A DNA stretch of 64,000 nucleotides, from IMG/VR virus record IMGVR_UViG_3300027917_004314; one strand, written 5' to 3'. The translations under genes and the position numbers were made by a program. This stretch comes from a virus. Its lineage: Duplodnaviria > Caudoviricetes. Below the pieces are notes generated by a model that was not told the origin of the DNA, did no database searches, and saw only the letters and a list, made by a program, of their open reading frames with translations. This document shows positions 48,861-58,789 of the stretch, one piece after another. How positions within the stretch are numbered: the first letter of the stretch is position 1; the number at the start of each line of letters is the position of its first letter.

Positions 48861-49322
48861 ATGTCAGAGTTTTATATGAAAAACGCAGATGGTAAATATA
48901 TACCAATAAGTTTTAAGCAAATTATTACCAAAGATTGGGAAAATAAACTGATCGTTGTGCGAATAGGTAGCGATGAGTGCCCGGCCGAGGAATCAGAAAT
49001 TGAGGAGACGTTAGATAGTTTAAACGACGCTGACGCTCTAGAAAGTCTAGAGAATACTAGTTTTCTAATTACAATGCATAGCTTAAGTTTTGAAGTGCTA
49101 GACAGTGTAAAGGATGTGGCTTCTAAATGTGTAGCAGTTAAAGTTACCGGAGACGATGACCTTTCTCGCTTAGGAAAGTTGCAAAAAAAAGCTAGAGAAC
49201 AGTTGAGAGGGAAGGCAAAGAAGGTTGTTGTATTACCTACTCCGCTAACAGTTGATGAATATAATAAAATTATGGATATAAAAAAGAGGTGCGACACAAG
49301 AAGGAGCAGAAGGGGTAGTTAG
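48861..49322 (+). CDS. Hypothetical protein
   Basis: AGGAG RBS; fills the gap. Confidence 0.65.
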   Translation: MSEFYMKNADGKYIPISFKQIITKDWENKLIVVRIGSDECPAEESEIEETLDSLNDADALESLENTSFLITMHSLSFEVLDSVKDVASKCVAVKVTGDDDLSRLGKLQKKAREQLRGKAKKVVVLPTPLTVDEYNKIMDIKKRCDTRRSRRGS

Positions 49323-49384
49323 ACTACTAATATTTTTGTATAATACCAGCCGCAAGAAACCTACCTACAGGAGGCTAGTACATT

Positions 49385-50671
49385 TTGAAAAAATTTATTT
49401 TGGATGCGAATGTTTTGTTACACGATCCAAAAGCCCTCCAGGTGTTCGACGACAATGAGGTCGTCATTCCCGTCTCAGTACTAGATGAACTCGACAATGC
49501 TAAAACAAGACCAGATGAGCGCGGAAGAAACGCCAGGGCAGTAGTGCGCCTTTTGGATAAGTTGAGGGCAAGTGGATCTTTAAGCGAAGGGGTCAAGTTA
49601 CATGAATCAATAATTAAAGTGGAATTGAATCACAGGGGTAATGTACCTCGAGGATTGTCGTCTGATAAGACAGATAATCGCATTATTAGCACTGCATTAG
49701 GGCTTAAAGCGGAGTGCGATTGCCCTGTGATAGTCGTATCTAAAGACATTAATCTGAGAGTAAAATGTGATGCCCTCAGCATAGAGGCGCAAGACTATGT
49801 TAAAGATAAAATTACTACAGATTTAGAGTCCATTTATAGTGGAGTTAAGACAGTCAGAGTTACTCCGCGTACCATAGACCAATTGTACGATGAGGGGTAT
49901 CTTGAAGGAGATCCTGGGTACGGCAAATGTTATCCCAATCAATTTGTCATACTAAAATCCCATAATAATCAATCTGGTATAGCAAGATGTGTAGGATCTA
50001 ATAGGTTTGAGAAGTTTAACCCACCACAAGAGATTTGGGACATTAGGCCAAGAAACGTGGAGCAAAAGTGCGCCATGGAACTTTTGATGGATCCCAATAT
50101 CAAGCTGGTAACTCTCATAGGACGCGCTGGAGCTGGGAAAACATTGCTTGCCGCCGCTGCTGCTCTTCACCATATCCTTAATAATTCTGGCACGTTCCAA
50201 AGAGCGCTAATTTCTAGGCCAATACAACCTATGGGTAGAGATATAGGTTTCCTTCCTGGCGACCTGGAAGACAAACTTAAACCGTGGATGCAACCTATTT
50301 ACGATAATTTGGAGTTTCTATTAGGCTCTGATTATCAGATGCTTAATGAATATAAGTATAATGGACTTATTCAGGTTGAACCACTTACCTACATAAGAGG
50401 CAGAAGCATACCTAAGTCCTTCATATTATTGGATGAAGCTCAAAATTTAACCGCCAAGGAAATCAAGACCGTTATTACGCGCATTGGCCAAGATAGTAAG
50501 ATTGTCATAACTGGGGATATCGAGCAGATTGACAATCCTTACGTAGACTTTGCCGACAACGGACTGACGCATGTTGTTGAAAGGTTTAAGGATAAGGCTG
50601 TTGCTGGCCACGTAACCTTGCGAAAAGGTGAGAGATCTGAGCTTGCCACCCTTGCCTCTGAAATCCTCTAA
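49385..50671 (+). CDS. phoH: PIN-domain plus PhoH-family ATPase
   Basis: FILDANVLLHD...ELD PIN; GRAGAGKT, RGRSI, LDEAQN, TGDIEQID; GGAGG before TTG. Confidence 0.92.
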   Translation: MKKFILDANVLLHDPKALQVFDDNEVVIPVSVLDELDNAKTRPDERGRNARAVVRLLDKLRASGSLSEGVKLHESIIKVELNHRGNVPRGLSSDKTDNRIISTALGLKAECDCPVIVVSKDINLRVKCDALSIEAQDYVKDKITTDLESIYSGVKTVRVTPRTIDQLYDEGYLEGDPGYGKCYPNQFVILKSHNNQSGIARCVGSNRFEKFNPPQEIWDIRPRNVEQKCAMELLMDPNIKLVTLIGRAGAGKTLLAAAAALHHILNNSGTFQRALISRPIQPMGRDIGFLPGDLEDKLKPWMQPIYDNLEFLLGSDYQMLNEYKYNGLIQVEPLTYIRGRSIPKSFILLDEAQNLTAKEIKTVITRIGQDSKIVITGDIEQIDNPYVDFADNGLTHVVERFKDKAVAGHVTLRKGERSELATLASEIL

Positions 50672-50718
50672 GATATCATAAATATATTAATAATGTCACA
50701 TTTATACGGATATCTATG

Positions 50719-50736
50719 GTATCCTTATTAGGATAC
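50719..50736. repeat. Short intergenic palindrome before the virion-gene block
   Basis: GTATCCT-TATT-AGGATAC, no U-tract. Confidence 0.4.
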
Positions 50737-50767
50737 GTGTAAATAAAATAGATGGGGTTATAACGAT

Positions 50768-52021
50768 ATGGCTGGTAGTAGAAGATTTCTTAATTTTCTG
50801 TATCCTGGTGGCACTTTTAATCATTATACGATAATTAATAGAATAATTGTGGAATTCGCCACGCAGGTGTTGGGGTGGACCCTCTATGATTCAAGTGGGT
50901 CTGGTTGGACTAGTGTTGTAGCTAGCGGGTCTTCTGCTGATACCACCTCATATCCTGATACGCTTGATATGACCGGTTCTGGCAGGTCATGGTCTGCAGG
51001 TGATGAAGACATGCTTATTACATTAACCGGCGTATCTGGCGCAGATGCTGCAGAAGAACAGTGCAATGGTATTTATAGAATTAAGGAAGTGGTTGATTCA
51101 AACACAATTAAGGTTAATATACAGCGTGGCGTCCATAGCGATGGCCTAATTGATGGTTACACAAATTTGAGCTGGCGTTTATTCGATCCTGAAAACTCTT
51201 CTTACAGTCCATCCGCTGCCGATTGGGCAGTCATTAGGTCTTCTTATTCACATGCGCCGTCGGAGCCGAATTTTGATATTAGAATAGAAGTGGGCCCTAA
51301 TGATAATACTTGGAAAATGTTGCCGCGATTTGAAATGGGACCATACGGAACTTGGGATAGCGGCAGTCATTCGTGGGGCGACAGCAGAAATACAGGACAA
51401 CTTTTGCGGGGATCAAGCACCGCACTCGCAGCTAACGGCGTCGATTCGGTGTTTGCGTTTGGCGATAGTGATCATATATGGATGTGGTGGAACCACGGCA
51501 CTACCACAACATATTGGCATTGTCTCGGGTTAGGCCAGATAATTGACCCCTTTAACCCCAACGAAGATACAAACCCAGGATCTATTTACTATGCGCATGA
51601 TAGCATGACATTACCTGATCAGATGGTCGGAATTGAGTCTGGCGGGACCAACTTTACGGACAAAGGTTATATGTTAGCCGAAGATGATGCAACTTCAATC
51701 GTTTTTTATACGATGATTCCTTCTTGTCCTCCAGTAAATCACGCGGAATCTGCGATACCAATTTGGCATGGATACCAAAGACGAATCTCGAGAAGAGGGA
51801 ATGGGTATTTTAGAGCAGAAATATTAGCCGAGTCCATTACAGCTTCGCATATGGAAATTAGAGGGAGATTGGTTGATATGTGGGTGGGCGGGGCCTATCC
51901 GCCATTTGGGCGCCCATTTGGAAACTCATATATTCATTTGTTTAGCGGATTAAGCCATCCGTGGCATAATAGTGATGTACTTTATTTAGTGCCATATTCT
52001 TTTGATTGGCCGACTACGTAG
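50768..52021 (+). CDS. Hypothetical, probable virion/tail protein
   Basis: S/G/T/W-rich beta composition; similar layout to the next ORF. Confidence 0.55.
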   Translation: MAGSRRFLNFLYPGGTFNHYTIINRIIVEFATQVLGWTLYDSSGSGWTSVVASGSSADTTSYPDTLDMTGSGRSWSAGDEDMLITLTGVSGADAAEEQCNGIYRIKEVVDSNTIKVNIQRGVHSDGLIDGYTNLSWRLFDPENSSYSPSAADWAVIRSSYSHAPSEPNFDIRIEVGPNDNTWKMLPRFEMGPYGTWDSGSHSWGDSRNTGQLLRGSSTALAANGVDSVFAFGDSDHIWMWWNHGTTTTYWHCLGLGQIIDPFNPNEDTNPGSIYYAHDSMTLPDQMVGIESGGTNFTDKGYMLAEDDATSIVFYTMIPSCPPVNHAESAIPIWHGYQRRISRRGNGYFRAEILAESITASHMEIRGRLVDMWVGGAYPPFGRPFGNSYIHLFSGLSHPWHNSDVLYLVPYSFDWPTT

Positions 52022-52032
52022 GAGTGTGAGTT

Positions 52033-53265
52033 ATGGCGATACATTGGACTAGAGAACTAATACATACTGCAGGCGAGCCACGTAATGGATTTTCTTTGTG
52101 GGTTAAGCAAATTGTTATGATGATGTACCATATCGGTGGTTTCACTAATTTTAGCGAGTCGGTCAGTGGGGGCACTTGGGATCCAACAAGCTTTACCAAA
52201 AGCGGATCAGACGGCTATTTTACCGGCTCTGACAAACGGTTCACGGACAATGTGGCGTCGTCTTTTACGGTAACCGACACCGGGTCTTATATATTAATTA
52301 AGGATACTACCTATCCTAGAAATTCTGGCTGGTATAAAATGACTTACGTTGATTCTAGCAATATAGATCTTGACTTTCGTAGTGGTGCAACTGAGTATCC
52401 AGACGCTTCCGGCGGCTTATCTTGGTGGACACTAGATAAACTTAGCGGTTTTCCAGCTGGAAATGGCGATTATTGCAGAATACGTGGAGATACTGGTTGG
52501 GAAATTGAATTTAAAAACTATTATCACGTAGGTCAGTGGCAAAGAACAAATATAGACATTAGAGTGAGTATGGATGGTGATTGGTCTGGTAGCGGCAAAA
52601 TTGTCGGGAGCTGGAGATATGGAACAGGCAGTACGTATGAAACCGATATTTCTGCGGAACAAGTGCGCTATATGATTGTTGATACAGATGCAAGTACAAT
52701 AATATTTTGGCAAGAATTTAGTGTGGATGGTGGCAATATTGGCTTCGCTCATGTGCCTGTAATACCTTATGAATCGATTCCACCCAGAGACAACACTGAA
52801 AAATATGCTATGGCTGGGTCAGGATATGGCCCAACGGTTATTGGTACCAATCTAATTTCCATTACTTGGGCTCAGAGCGGTAATCGCTATTGGGGAGATG
52901 GTGTTCGCCACTGGAACGAACAAAATGGAGGTAACGATCGTGAATTGTGGCCGATAGATTATTCAAGATGGGCTAGTGCACAAGGACTAATTGGATGGAC
53001 CGGCAGAGAGATTAATGCCCGAAGTGGTAGATGGGATGTGTTAAATGGCATACCAATGTGGGCAGATATTAGTAACTCTAATAATGAACATACGCCTTTC
53101 GCTTCTATGGGCGAGATTAACAATCTAATGTTTACTATACCAGGGTGGTCTGTTGCCGTATCTCCGCGCGCCGCGCTTGATATAGATTCTGCCGATGGTT
53201 ATGCTTTTCATATTAGTTATGGCATTGGTGTGATCTGGCCGCTCAACATTACACCGCAGTATTAA
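52033..53265 (+). CDS. Hypothetical, probable virion/tail protein
   Basis: NSGWYKMTYVDSSNIDL parallels CNGIYRIKEVVDSNTIKV of the previous ORF. Confidence 0.55.
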   Translation: MAIHWTRELIHTAGEPRNGFSLWVKQIVMMMYHIGGFTNFSESVSGGTWDPTSFTKSGSDGYFTGSDKRFTDNVASSFTVTDTGSYILIKDTTYPRNSGWYKMTYVDSSNIDLDFRSGATEYPDASGGLSWWTLDKLSGFPAGNGDYCRIRGDTGWEIEFKNYYHVGQWQRTNIDIRVSMDGDWSGSGKIVGSWRYGTGSTYETDISAEQVRYMIVDTDASTIIFWQEFSVDGGNIGFAHVPVIPYESIPPRDNTEKYAMAGSGYGPTVIGTNLISITWAQSGNRYWGDGVRHWNEQNGGNDRELWPIDYSRWASAQGLIGWTGREINARSGRWDVLNGIPMWADISNSNNEHTPFASMGEINNLMFTIPGWSVAVSPRAALDIDSADGYAFHISYGIGVIWPLNITPQY

Positions 53266-53271
53266 ATTATT

Positions 53272-54600
53272 ATGGCATCGTTTTCGGCTAATATAACTAC
53301 AGAACAACTAGAAGACCCCAAGCTGGTGGCGGTCCACGAATACCAAGGATCGAATCAGGCAGCTTTGTGGCGAAACTCAGATTTTGGGTGGGATTTATTT
53401 GATCCACAACCTTCTTGGCGTACGGATTCTCAAGCCCAGGCTGTGTGGAGCGATGGATATGGGCGAATCGTAGTCCATGACTCTATTTCAACTAACCGTT
53501 TTATGCATTATGACGGATACTCCTGGTCAAATGTGTTAGGATTTCTACCGGACGCTTGGGTATGTGAAGCTTTGGGTGGCATGAGTATGTCAGAATTGTG
53601 GGCTGGCGGTGATGGTTATGTGGGATTTTATGATGGCTATTCGTGGACGGAAGCGCTAGGGCCTTTAGATGAACTGGTTCCAGTATACAGCATATGGTCC
53701 AAACGCTCTGAAATGATTACCAAAACGTGGGTAGTTGGCGGGTCCGCTGGTAATGAGGGCGTATATTACTACGATGGCTATTCATGGACTAATTTCTATT
53801 CAGATATAGAGCTAGTTGACGAATATGTTGGTGTTCCGATGGCAGTTTGGGGCAGTTACTTAGCAGATGATGTTTGGGTTGCCTTTGATCTTTGTGATAA
53901 TCCTACCGTAAGTGGCCGAGTGGCTCATTATAATGGTGTAAGTTGGTCTATTATAGGTGGCGTGTTAGACGAGGGTCAACAAGTGTTGTGGGGCTTAACT
54001 TTTACTGCCAACGAATTATGGTCGGCAGGAGATGACAGCGCCGGTATCGCTCCTATCGTAGTTGGCTGGAATGGTTCAACCTGGGACAATAAACTAACTG
54101 GCGATTATGTAGCACGTCGTATGCTCGGGCTTCAATCAGGACTAAGTAACGGCGTATATCTTGCTACTGGTACCGGTGCTACCTCTAATGGCGCGGTTTA
54201 CAGACGATGGGATCGCAGCGGGTTAGACGGGGAACATGTATGGCTTTCAGATCAAGTTATACCTCGGCAGTGGCGTGATTTGGCGGTTCTAGAAGATGCG
54301 CCAGTACAACCGTATTTTTATATGGAAATAGAGGAGGGGTATGGTTTAGGATATGAGACAGCTTTCGACGGTTATTTCTTGCCGCCATTTGAAAATTCTA
54401 CCGTTACGTTTAGCGATGCTGACGGCTGGCAAGGTTACGATATTGAAATCATAAAAGATTCTTATTGGGATCTGGGAAGAATCACTATGGATATAACCAT
54501 TGATGCGTACAACAACCCAGTCAATTTAGAGCCAGAGCCTGGGTCTTTTGATCGAAGCAGAGACTCTGTGGTTAGATTTCGTTTAAGAAAAACGCCTTAG
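53272..54600 (+). CDS. Beta-propeller-like virion protein with (H/Y)YDGxSW repeats
   Basis: HYDGYSW, FYDGYSW, YYDGYSW, HYNGVSW, WNGSTW blades with W(A/V)xG strands. Confidence 0.65.
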   Translation: MASFSANITTEQLEDPKLVAVHEYQGSNQAALWRNSDFGWDLFDPQPSWRTDSQAQAVWSDGYGRIVVHDSISTNRFMHYDGYSWSNVLGFLPDAWVCEALGGMSMSELWAGGDGYVGFYDGYSWTEALGPLDELVPVYSIWSKRSEMITKTWVVGGSAGNEGVYYYDGYSWTNFYSDIELVDEYVGVPMAVWGSYLADDVWVAFDLCDNPTVSGRVAHYNGVSWSIIGGVLDEGQQVLWGLTFTANELWSAGDDSAGIAPIVVGWNGSTWDNKLTGDYVARRMLGLQSGLSNGVYLATGTGATSNGAVYRRWDRSGLDGEHVWLSDQVIPRQWRDLAVLEDAPVQPYFYMEIEEGYGLGYETAFDGYFLPPFENSTVTFSDADGWQGYDIEIIKDSYWDLGRITMDITIDAYNNPVNLEPEPGSFDRSRDSVVRFRLRKTP

Positions 54601-54699
54601 GAGATTTTGTAGAGCCAGAAGCTGGCTCATATGACCAGCCAAAAGGTTCGGTGATCAAATTTCGGTTAAGAAGTGTTTAATTGTGGAGTGCCTATATAA

Positions 54700-57168
54700 A
54701 TGGTAACTTACTTATCAGATAAATTATTTTTGGATGGATACGCAACAAATGACGTATCATTTGGTTCCGACAACTCTCCTTGTCAAGGGTGGAGTGATAG
54801 GCCGTTATGTCTTGCTGGCAAAACCATGGTCGGTGGTAGTCCAACCAAAGATACTTCACGAGGCGAGTTGGATGTCTGGAACTGGAATTCGGCTCTTGAT
54901 ACCTGGGTACGCAAGCATCACATTACCCACCCAGATGATGCTCCAAATACTTTGTTCGGGTTTCATGTCGCTATGGACAAGACAATGCTGGTGCCGCTCG
55001 TCCTCGTCGTCGGGTGTTTCGGATACGCGACACAGACAGGTCGCGTCTACGTCTTTGAACGTGCCGACATCAACTCCGACTTCAGCTTGGTCACCAAGTT
55101 GGAGGCCAGCGACAAAGGGGCGAACGACCAATTCGGGTGGCGAGTCGCAGTAGACGAGATCAACGGTATCATTGCTGTGACCGCCAGGGGCTGGGACGAT
55201 CCAACGTACAGCAATGCCGGGAAGATCTACCTGTTCGAAAAGGACGGTGACTCGTGGCCTGGTAGTGTGGTTACCCCCGGCACCGAGGATGCCTCCGTTG
55301 TTCTGCCTGGTAGTGAGTTGCTCGGTGGTAACTACTATCTTGGCATCGGCCTAGCACTCCGCAATGGGCACTTGCTCGCAACTGGTGGGGGGCAAGCGTA
55401 CAAGAAGGTCAACTACTGGTTAAGGTCGTCTAAGACCAGCTGGCCACATCAGCAAACGCTTGACTACAGCACCGATGTTGGATTGACAGACGTCGATATG
55501 GATGCCACCGCCACCTATGCTGTGACCGGCGTTGATGACAGCGATAGGATTCGTTTATTGAAGCGTACCGGATCCGGGTCCTCAACGTGGGAAGAGAAGG
55601 ACGTCGAGACCCGGGACGGCGGCGGTGGGGCGGGTTGGTTCGGCGTGATCGTCAAGTTGGCTCCAGATGGTACAAGCGTGGCAACGTCCGCAGGTTTTTA
55701 CGATGACGCTTACAACGAGCAGGGCCGAGCTTGGATTATCCCGATTGTTTCCGATGCTTTTGATACAGGCAATGAGGAGATTTTTGCAGCAGCGGATGCA
55801 GAAGACTATCATTATTTTGGCAGTTCTCTTGATTGGAATGGCCACCACATAGCAATTGGCGCGTGCGGCGATGATGAAGCTGCCGAGAATGCTGGAGCGT
55901 TATATTATGATCTGGCAGGCGAAGATTATCCAGGAGGCGGTTTTTTGGATAATCAAGATCCACCGCACGATTCTTACGGGGCTCTGCCGTCTACGAACAT
56001 ATCTACGGACATATTAGGTCTGTACACGGGTATAAATCTCAACACAATAGATGCATATGTTAACGGAGCCTTAGCATTTACCGGTCCGTCAACCTTTATA
56101 TCGCCATACAACGGACCCTCATCTTCAATTACTGCCACCACTGTGGACGGCTATGATGGTTATAACATAGTATTCGACAATACAACCGATTTCAGTATAG
56201 GCTCGGCCGTTACTACTAGAATCGTATGTCAAGATAACTATGGAGCTTCTATAGATGAAAGTTGGACATTTCATATAGCACAAACCGTACTTTCATTGGT
56301 GCACGGCCCTTATGAAATTACCTTTGATATTACTTTTTCTGGCGAAGTATCCTCTAGTGCGCTAAATCCTGCTTACTATTTGTTTGATAATGGAATGTAT
56401 GCCAGATTAGTAGAGCACATGGAAAACGATACGTATAGGCTGTGGACAGAACTTTATGAGGGTGATTCAACATTTAGCCTAACTGTTTCGCCCAATCTAA
56501 AAGACAGTTACGGCGGTTCTATATATACGGATCCCATAACTACCACACCTTTTTATTCTTCTGCCGATATGAGTAATTATGATGGAAAAGTTAGATCGTG
56601 GCGTCAGAGCAATTTGATAAGCGCAGATAGTCAGAGAATTTATTTAGCTGGCACAAGAGGAATAGATGTTTTTCGTAAAGTTACTGAAGTAAATCCAGTA
56701 AGATGGGGTCAAATATTAGACGAATACGGTATTAACGCCATGTTTGTGGCCAATTACACTAGCGACTTAGTGATTACTGATACAGTGCCGCCATACGTAA
56801 CAGATCAGGATCCGCCGGCCTCGGGCACTTCTTACACTTCAGATCCTATATTGTTTACGGTTACAGACGTTTCTTCAGCGGTGGAAATCCCTTCCACCAC
56901 CGTATATGTCAACGATGTCATAGCTTTTAATGGTGGCGACGGCGGCTGGGATAATGGATATACTGGCACTATTACAGTGGAGTTTAGGAGACTTGATTTT
57001 GTTATAAACCCACCTGTACCATTCACTCCAGAGTCCACTGTAAGAGTTAGAGTGGTGGCATCAGATTTGCTCGGAAATCTTTTAGACATCACATATTCAT
57101 TCACGGTTACTTCCACTACCGGGTTTGGGTTTTCAATATACGGCACGTCGTCATTTGGAGGGGTATAA
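54700..57168 (+). CDS. Virion protein with FG-GAP beta-propeller and Ig-like domains
   Basis: DQFGWRVAV, YFGSSLDW...IAIGACGDDEAAENAGALY FG-GAP repeats; two NQDP...ESWTF-type Ig-like units. Confidence 0.75.
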   Translation: MVTYLSDKLFLDGYATNDVSFGSDNSPCQGWSDRPLCLAGKTMVGGSPTKDTSRGELDVWNWNSALDTWVRKHHITHPDDAPNTLFGFHVAMDKTMLVPLVLVVGCFGYATQTGRVYVFERADINSDFSLVTKLEASDKGANDQFGWRVAVDEINGIIAVTARGWDDPTYSNAGKIYLFEKDGDSWPGSVVTPGTEDASVVLPGSELLGGNYYLGIGLALRNGHLLATGGGQAYKKVNYWLRSSKTSWPHQQTLDYSTDVGLTDVDMDATATYAVTGVDDSDRIRLLKRTGSGSSTWEEKDVETRDGGGGAGWFGVIVKLAPDGTSVATSAGFYDDAYNEQGRAWIIPIVSDAFDTGNEEIFAAADAEDYHYFGSSLDWNGHHIAIGACGDDEAAENAGALYYDLAGEDYPGGGFLDNQDPPHDSYGALPSTNISTDILGLYTGINLNTIDAYVNGALAFTGPSTFISPYNGPSSSITATTVDGYDGYNIVFDNTTDFSIGSAVTTRIVCQDNYGASIDESWTFHIAQTVLSLVHGPYEITFDITFSGEVSSSALNPAYYLFDNGMYARLVEHMENDTYRLWTELYEGDSTFSLTVSPNLKDSYGGSIYTDPITTTPFYSSADMSNYDGKVRSWRQSNLISADSQRIYLAGTRGIDVFRKVTEVNPVRWGQILDEYGINAMFVANYTSDLVITDTVPPYVTDQDPPASGTSYTSDPILFTVTDVSSAVEIPSTTVYVNDVIAFNGGDGGWDNGYTGTITVEFRRLDFVINPPVPFTPESTVRVRVVASDLLGNLLDITYSFTVTSTTGFGFSIYGTSSFGGV

Positions 57169-57198
57169 AACTATAAGGAGATGAGTTTTTAAAAAAAC

Positions 57199-58779
57199 AT
57201 GCCCACTTGGTATTTTGAAACAGGCAACCCGCCTTTCTATGATAATCAAAGTCCTCAAGATGGCTACTCTAATGTGGACAAGTTTACACTTGTTTCCATA
57301 GATGTTGCAGACGCAGAATCTTACGTAGATTTATCAACGCTTGATGCGTATGTCAACGGTGCTGATGCTTATAGAATTGGCGTTGGGTTTGTAGCTCCTT
57401 ATGATGGATATTTTTCCAGCATTACACCTACGATTCTAGATGGTTATGATGGATATACTATTACCTTTGATAGAACTGGATATTATCCTCCGCTATCTTA
57501 CGTTACTTTTCGCATTGTGGTTGATGATTACGGCGGCAATACGCTGGACGAGTCATGGACTTTTCAAATTGAGACGTCATTAGATCCGTTTGTTGATAAT
57601 GAGAGTCCTGCTAGAAATGCCACTGGCGTGTCTCAGTCGTCACTCATTTCCTTTGACGTGCTGGATCCAGAGGGCGAGATGGGCTCGGATACTATAAATA
57701 TATATGTAGAAGGAAATCTTGCGTACGGTGGCGGTACATTTATATCGCCGTATGACGGTGTTAGCTCTTATGTTTCCTTTACGAGTCAGCCCGGTGGAGA
57801 TGGCTATCATGTTGTTATTGATAAAACCTCTGCGCTCGATGCTATAGTACCGGTCAGAGTTATAGCTAGCGACCCAACCGGCGGCACCCTAGACGACTCC
57901 TGGGGTTTTACAACACTTTTTGAAAATATCAATGTCATCTATTACTCTGATGGGTATGGCATAAAGAAAATATATATTGCCAATATAGCTGGAGAAAGTC
58001 AGAGTCAAGCCGTTACGATTTTGGATTATCCGCTGATACCATCAAATAACGTAATCTCGCTTTCTGGTAATTTCATATCCAGCAATTCTTATCTGGTTTC
58101 TTGCTATGACGACTATGGAGGTGTAATAGATGCTTATGGTATGGCTGACGATGCGTACGGAGTATCTGTCATACGTAATGAGGCCGGTGTCACACAGTAT
58201 TTAGATGGGTACAGCACCAATGACGGTGCTATAACTGATAAAGGAATTTTATATGTAATAAATAGAAATCTTAACAGAATAGAAGTCTACTATGGGGCTC
58301 ATTTCAGAAGCGGCAGTAGAGGTCCAGACTTTATTTACAATACCGCGTCTTCACCGTCTTTGTTTCCAGGAGAAATTCTATGTATGCATGTAGAAGATGG
58401 GAATTCAGTTGTGCTAAGCGGTGGTGCTAGACTATTTGTTGGGACATCTCTGGGTATGACTCGCATTGATACATATGATCAGCAAACGGTAGACGGATAT
58501 AGCGACGGATATGATGGGTATGGTCTTGCCACAACATTTGGCATAATAGGAAGCGGCGCCGAATATGAATCAATTGGTGGAACAATTCCGAGGGTTACGG
58601 CCGTGTCCTCAGACGAATTGTCGACTATTTTCGTCGTAACGAATGATGGATATGGTGATGGCGGTTTAACACAAATCGCTATTTCTGGAAATCGCAGATT
58701 GGCATTTTTGACGGAGGCCACCGGTTTTGTGCCGTCAAATGATATAAGAGATATTTTTGGTAAGAATTTTAGTAATTAA
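57199..58779 (+). CDS. Virion protein with two Ig-like repeats and a propeller-like C-terminus
   Basis: DNQSP...LDAYVNG...LDESWTF and DNESP...LDDSWGF repeats; 11 DGY motifs. Confidence 0.7.
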   Translation: MPTWYFETGNPPFYDNQSPQDGYSNVDKFTLVSIDVADAESYVDLSTLDAYVNGADAYRIGVGFVAPYDGYFSSITPTILDGYDGYTITFDRTGYYPPLSYVTFRIVVDDYGGNTLDESWTFQIETSLDPFVDNESPARNATGVSQSSLISFDVLDPEGEMGSDTINIYVEGNLAYGGGTFISPYDGVSSYVSFTSQPGGDGYHVVIDKTSALDAIVPVRVIASDPTGGTLDDSWGFTTLFENINVIYYSDGYGIKKIYIANIAGESQSQAVTILDYPLIPSNNVISLSGNFISSNSYLVSCYDDYGGVIDAYGMADDAYGVSVIRNEAGVTQYLDGYSTNDGAITDKGILYVINRNLNRIEVYYGAHFRSGSRGPDFIYNTASSPSLFPGEILCMHVEDGNSVVLSGGARLFVGTSLGMTRIDTYDQQTVDGYSDGYDGYGLATTFGIIGSGAEYESIGGTIPRVTAVSSDELSTIFVVTNDGYGDGGLTQIAISGNRRLAFLTEATGFVPSNDIRDIFGKNFSN

Positions 58780-58789
58780 GGAGAACAAC

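Noticed and set aside
49339-49344. TATAAT upstream of phoH as a full sigma70 promoter
   Set aside because: No acceptable -35 at 16-18 bp spacing; too weak to list as a feature.
54526-54680. Diversity-generating retroelement TR/VR pair
   Set aside because: Differences are not restricted to adenines, many are synonymous, and no reverse transcriptase is in the window.
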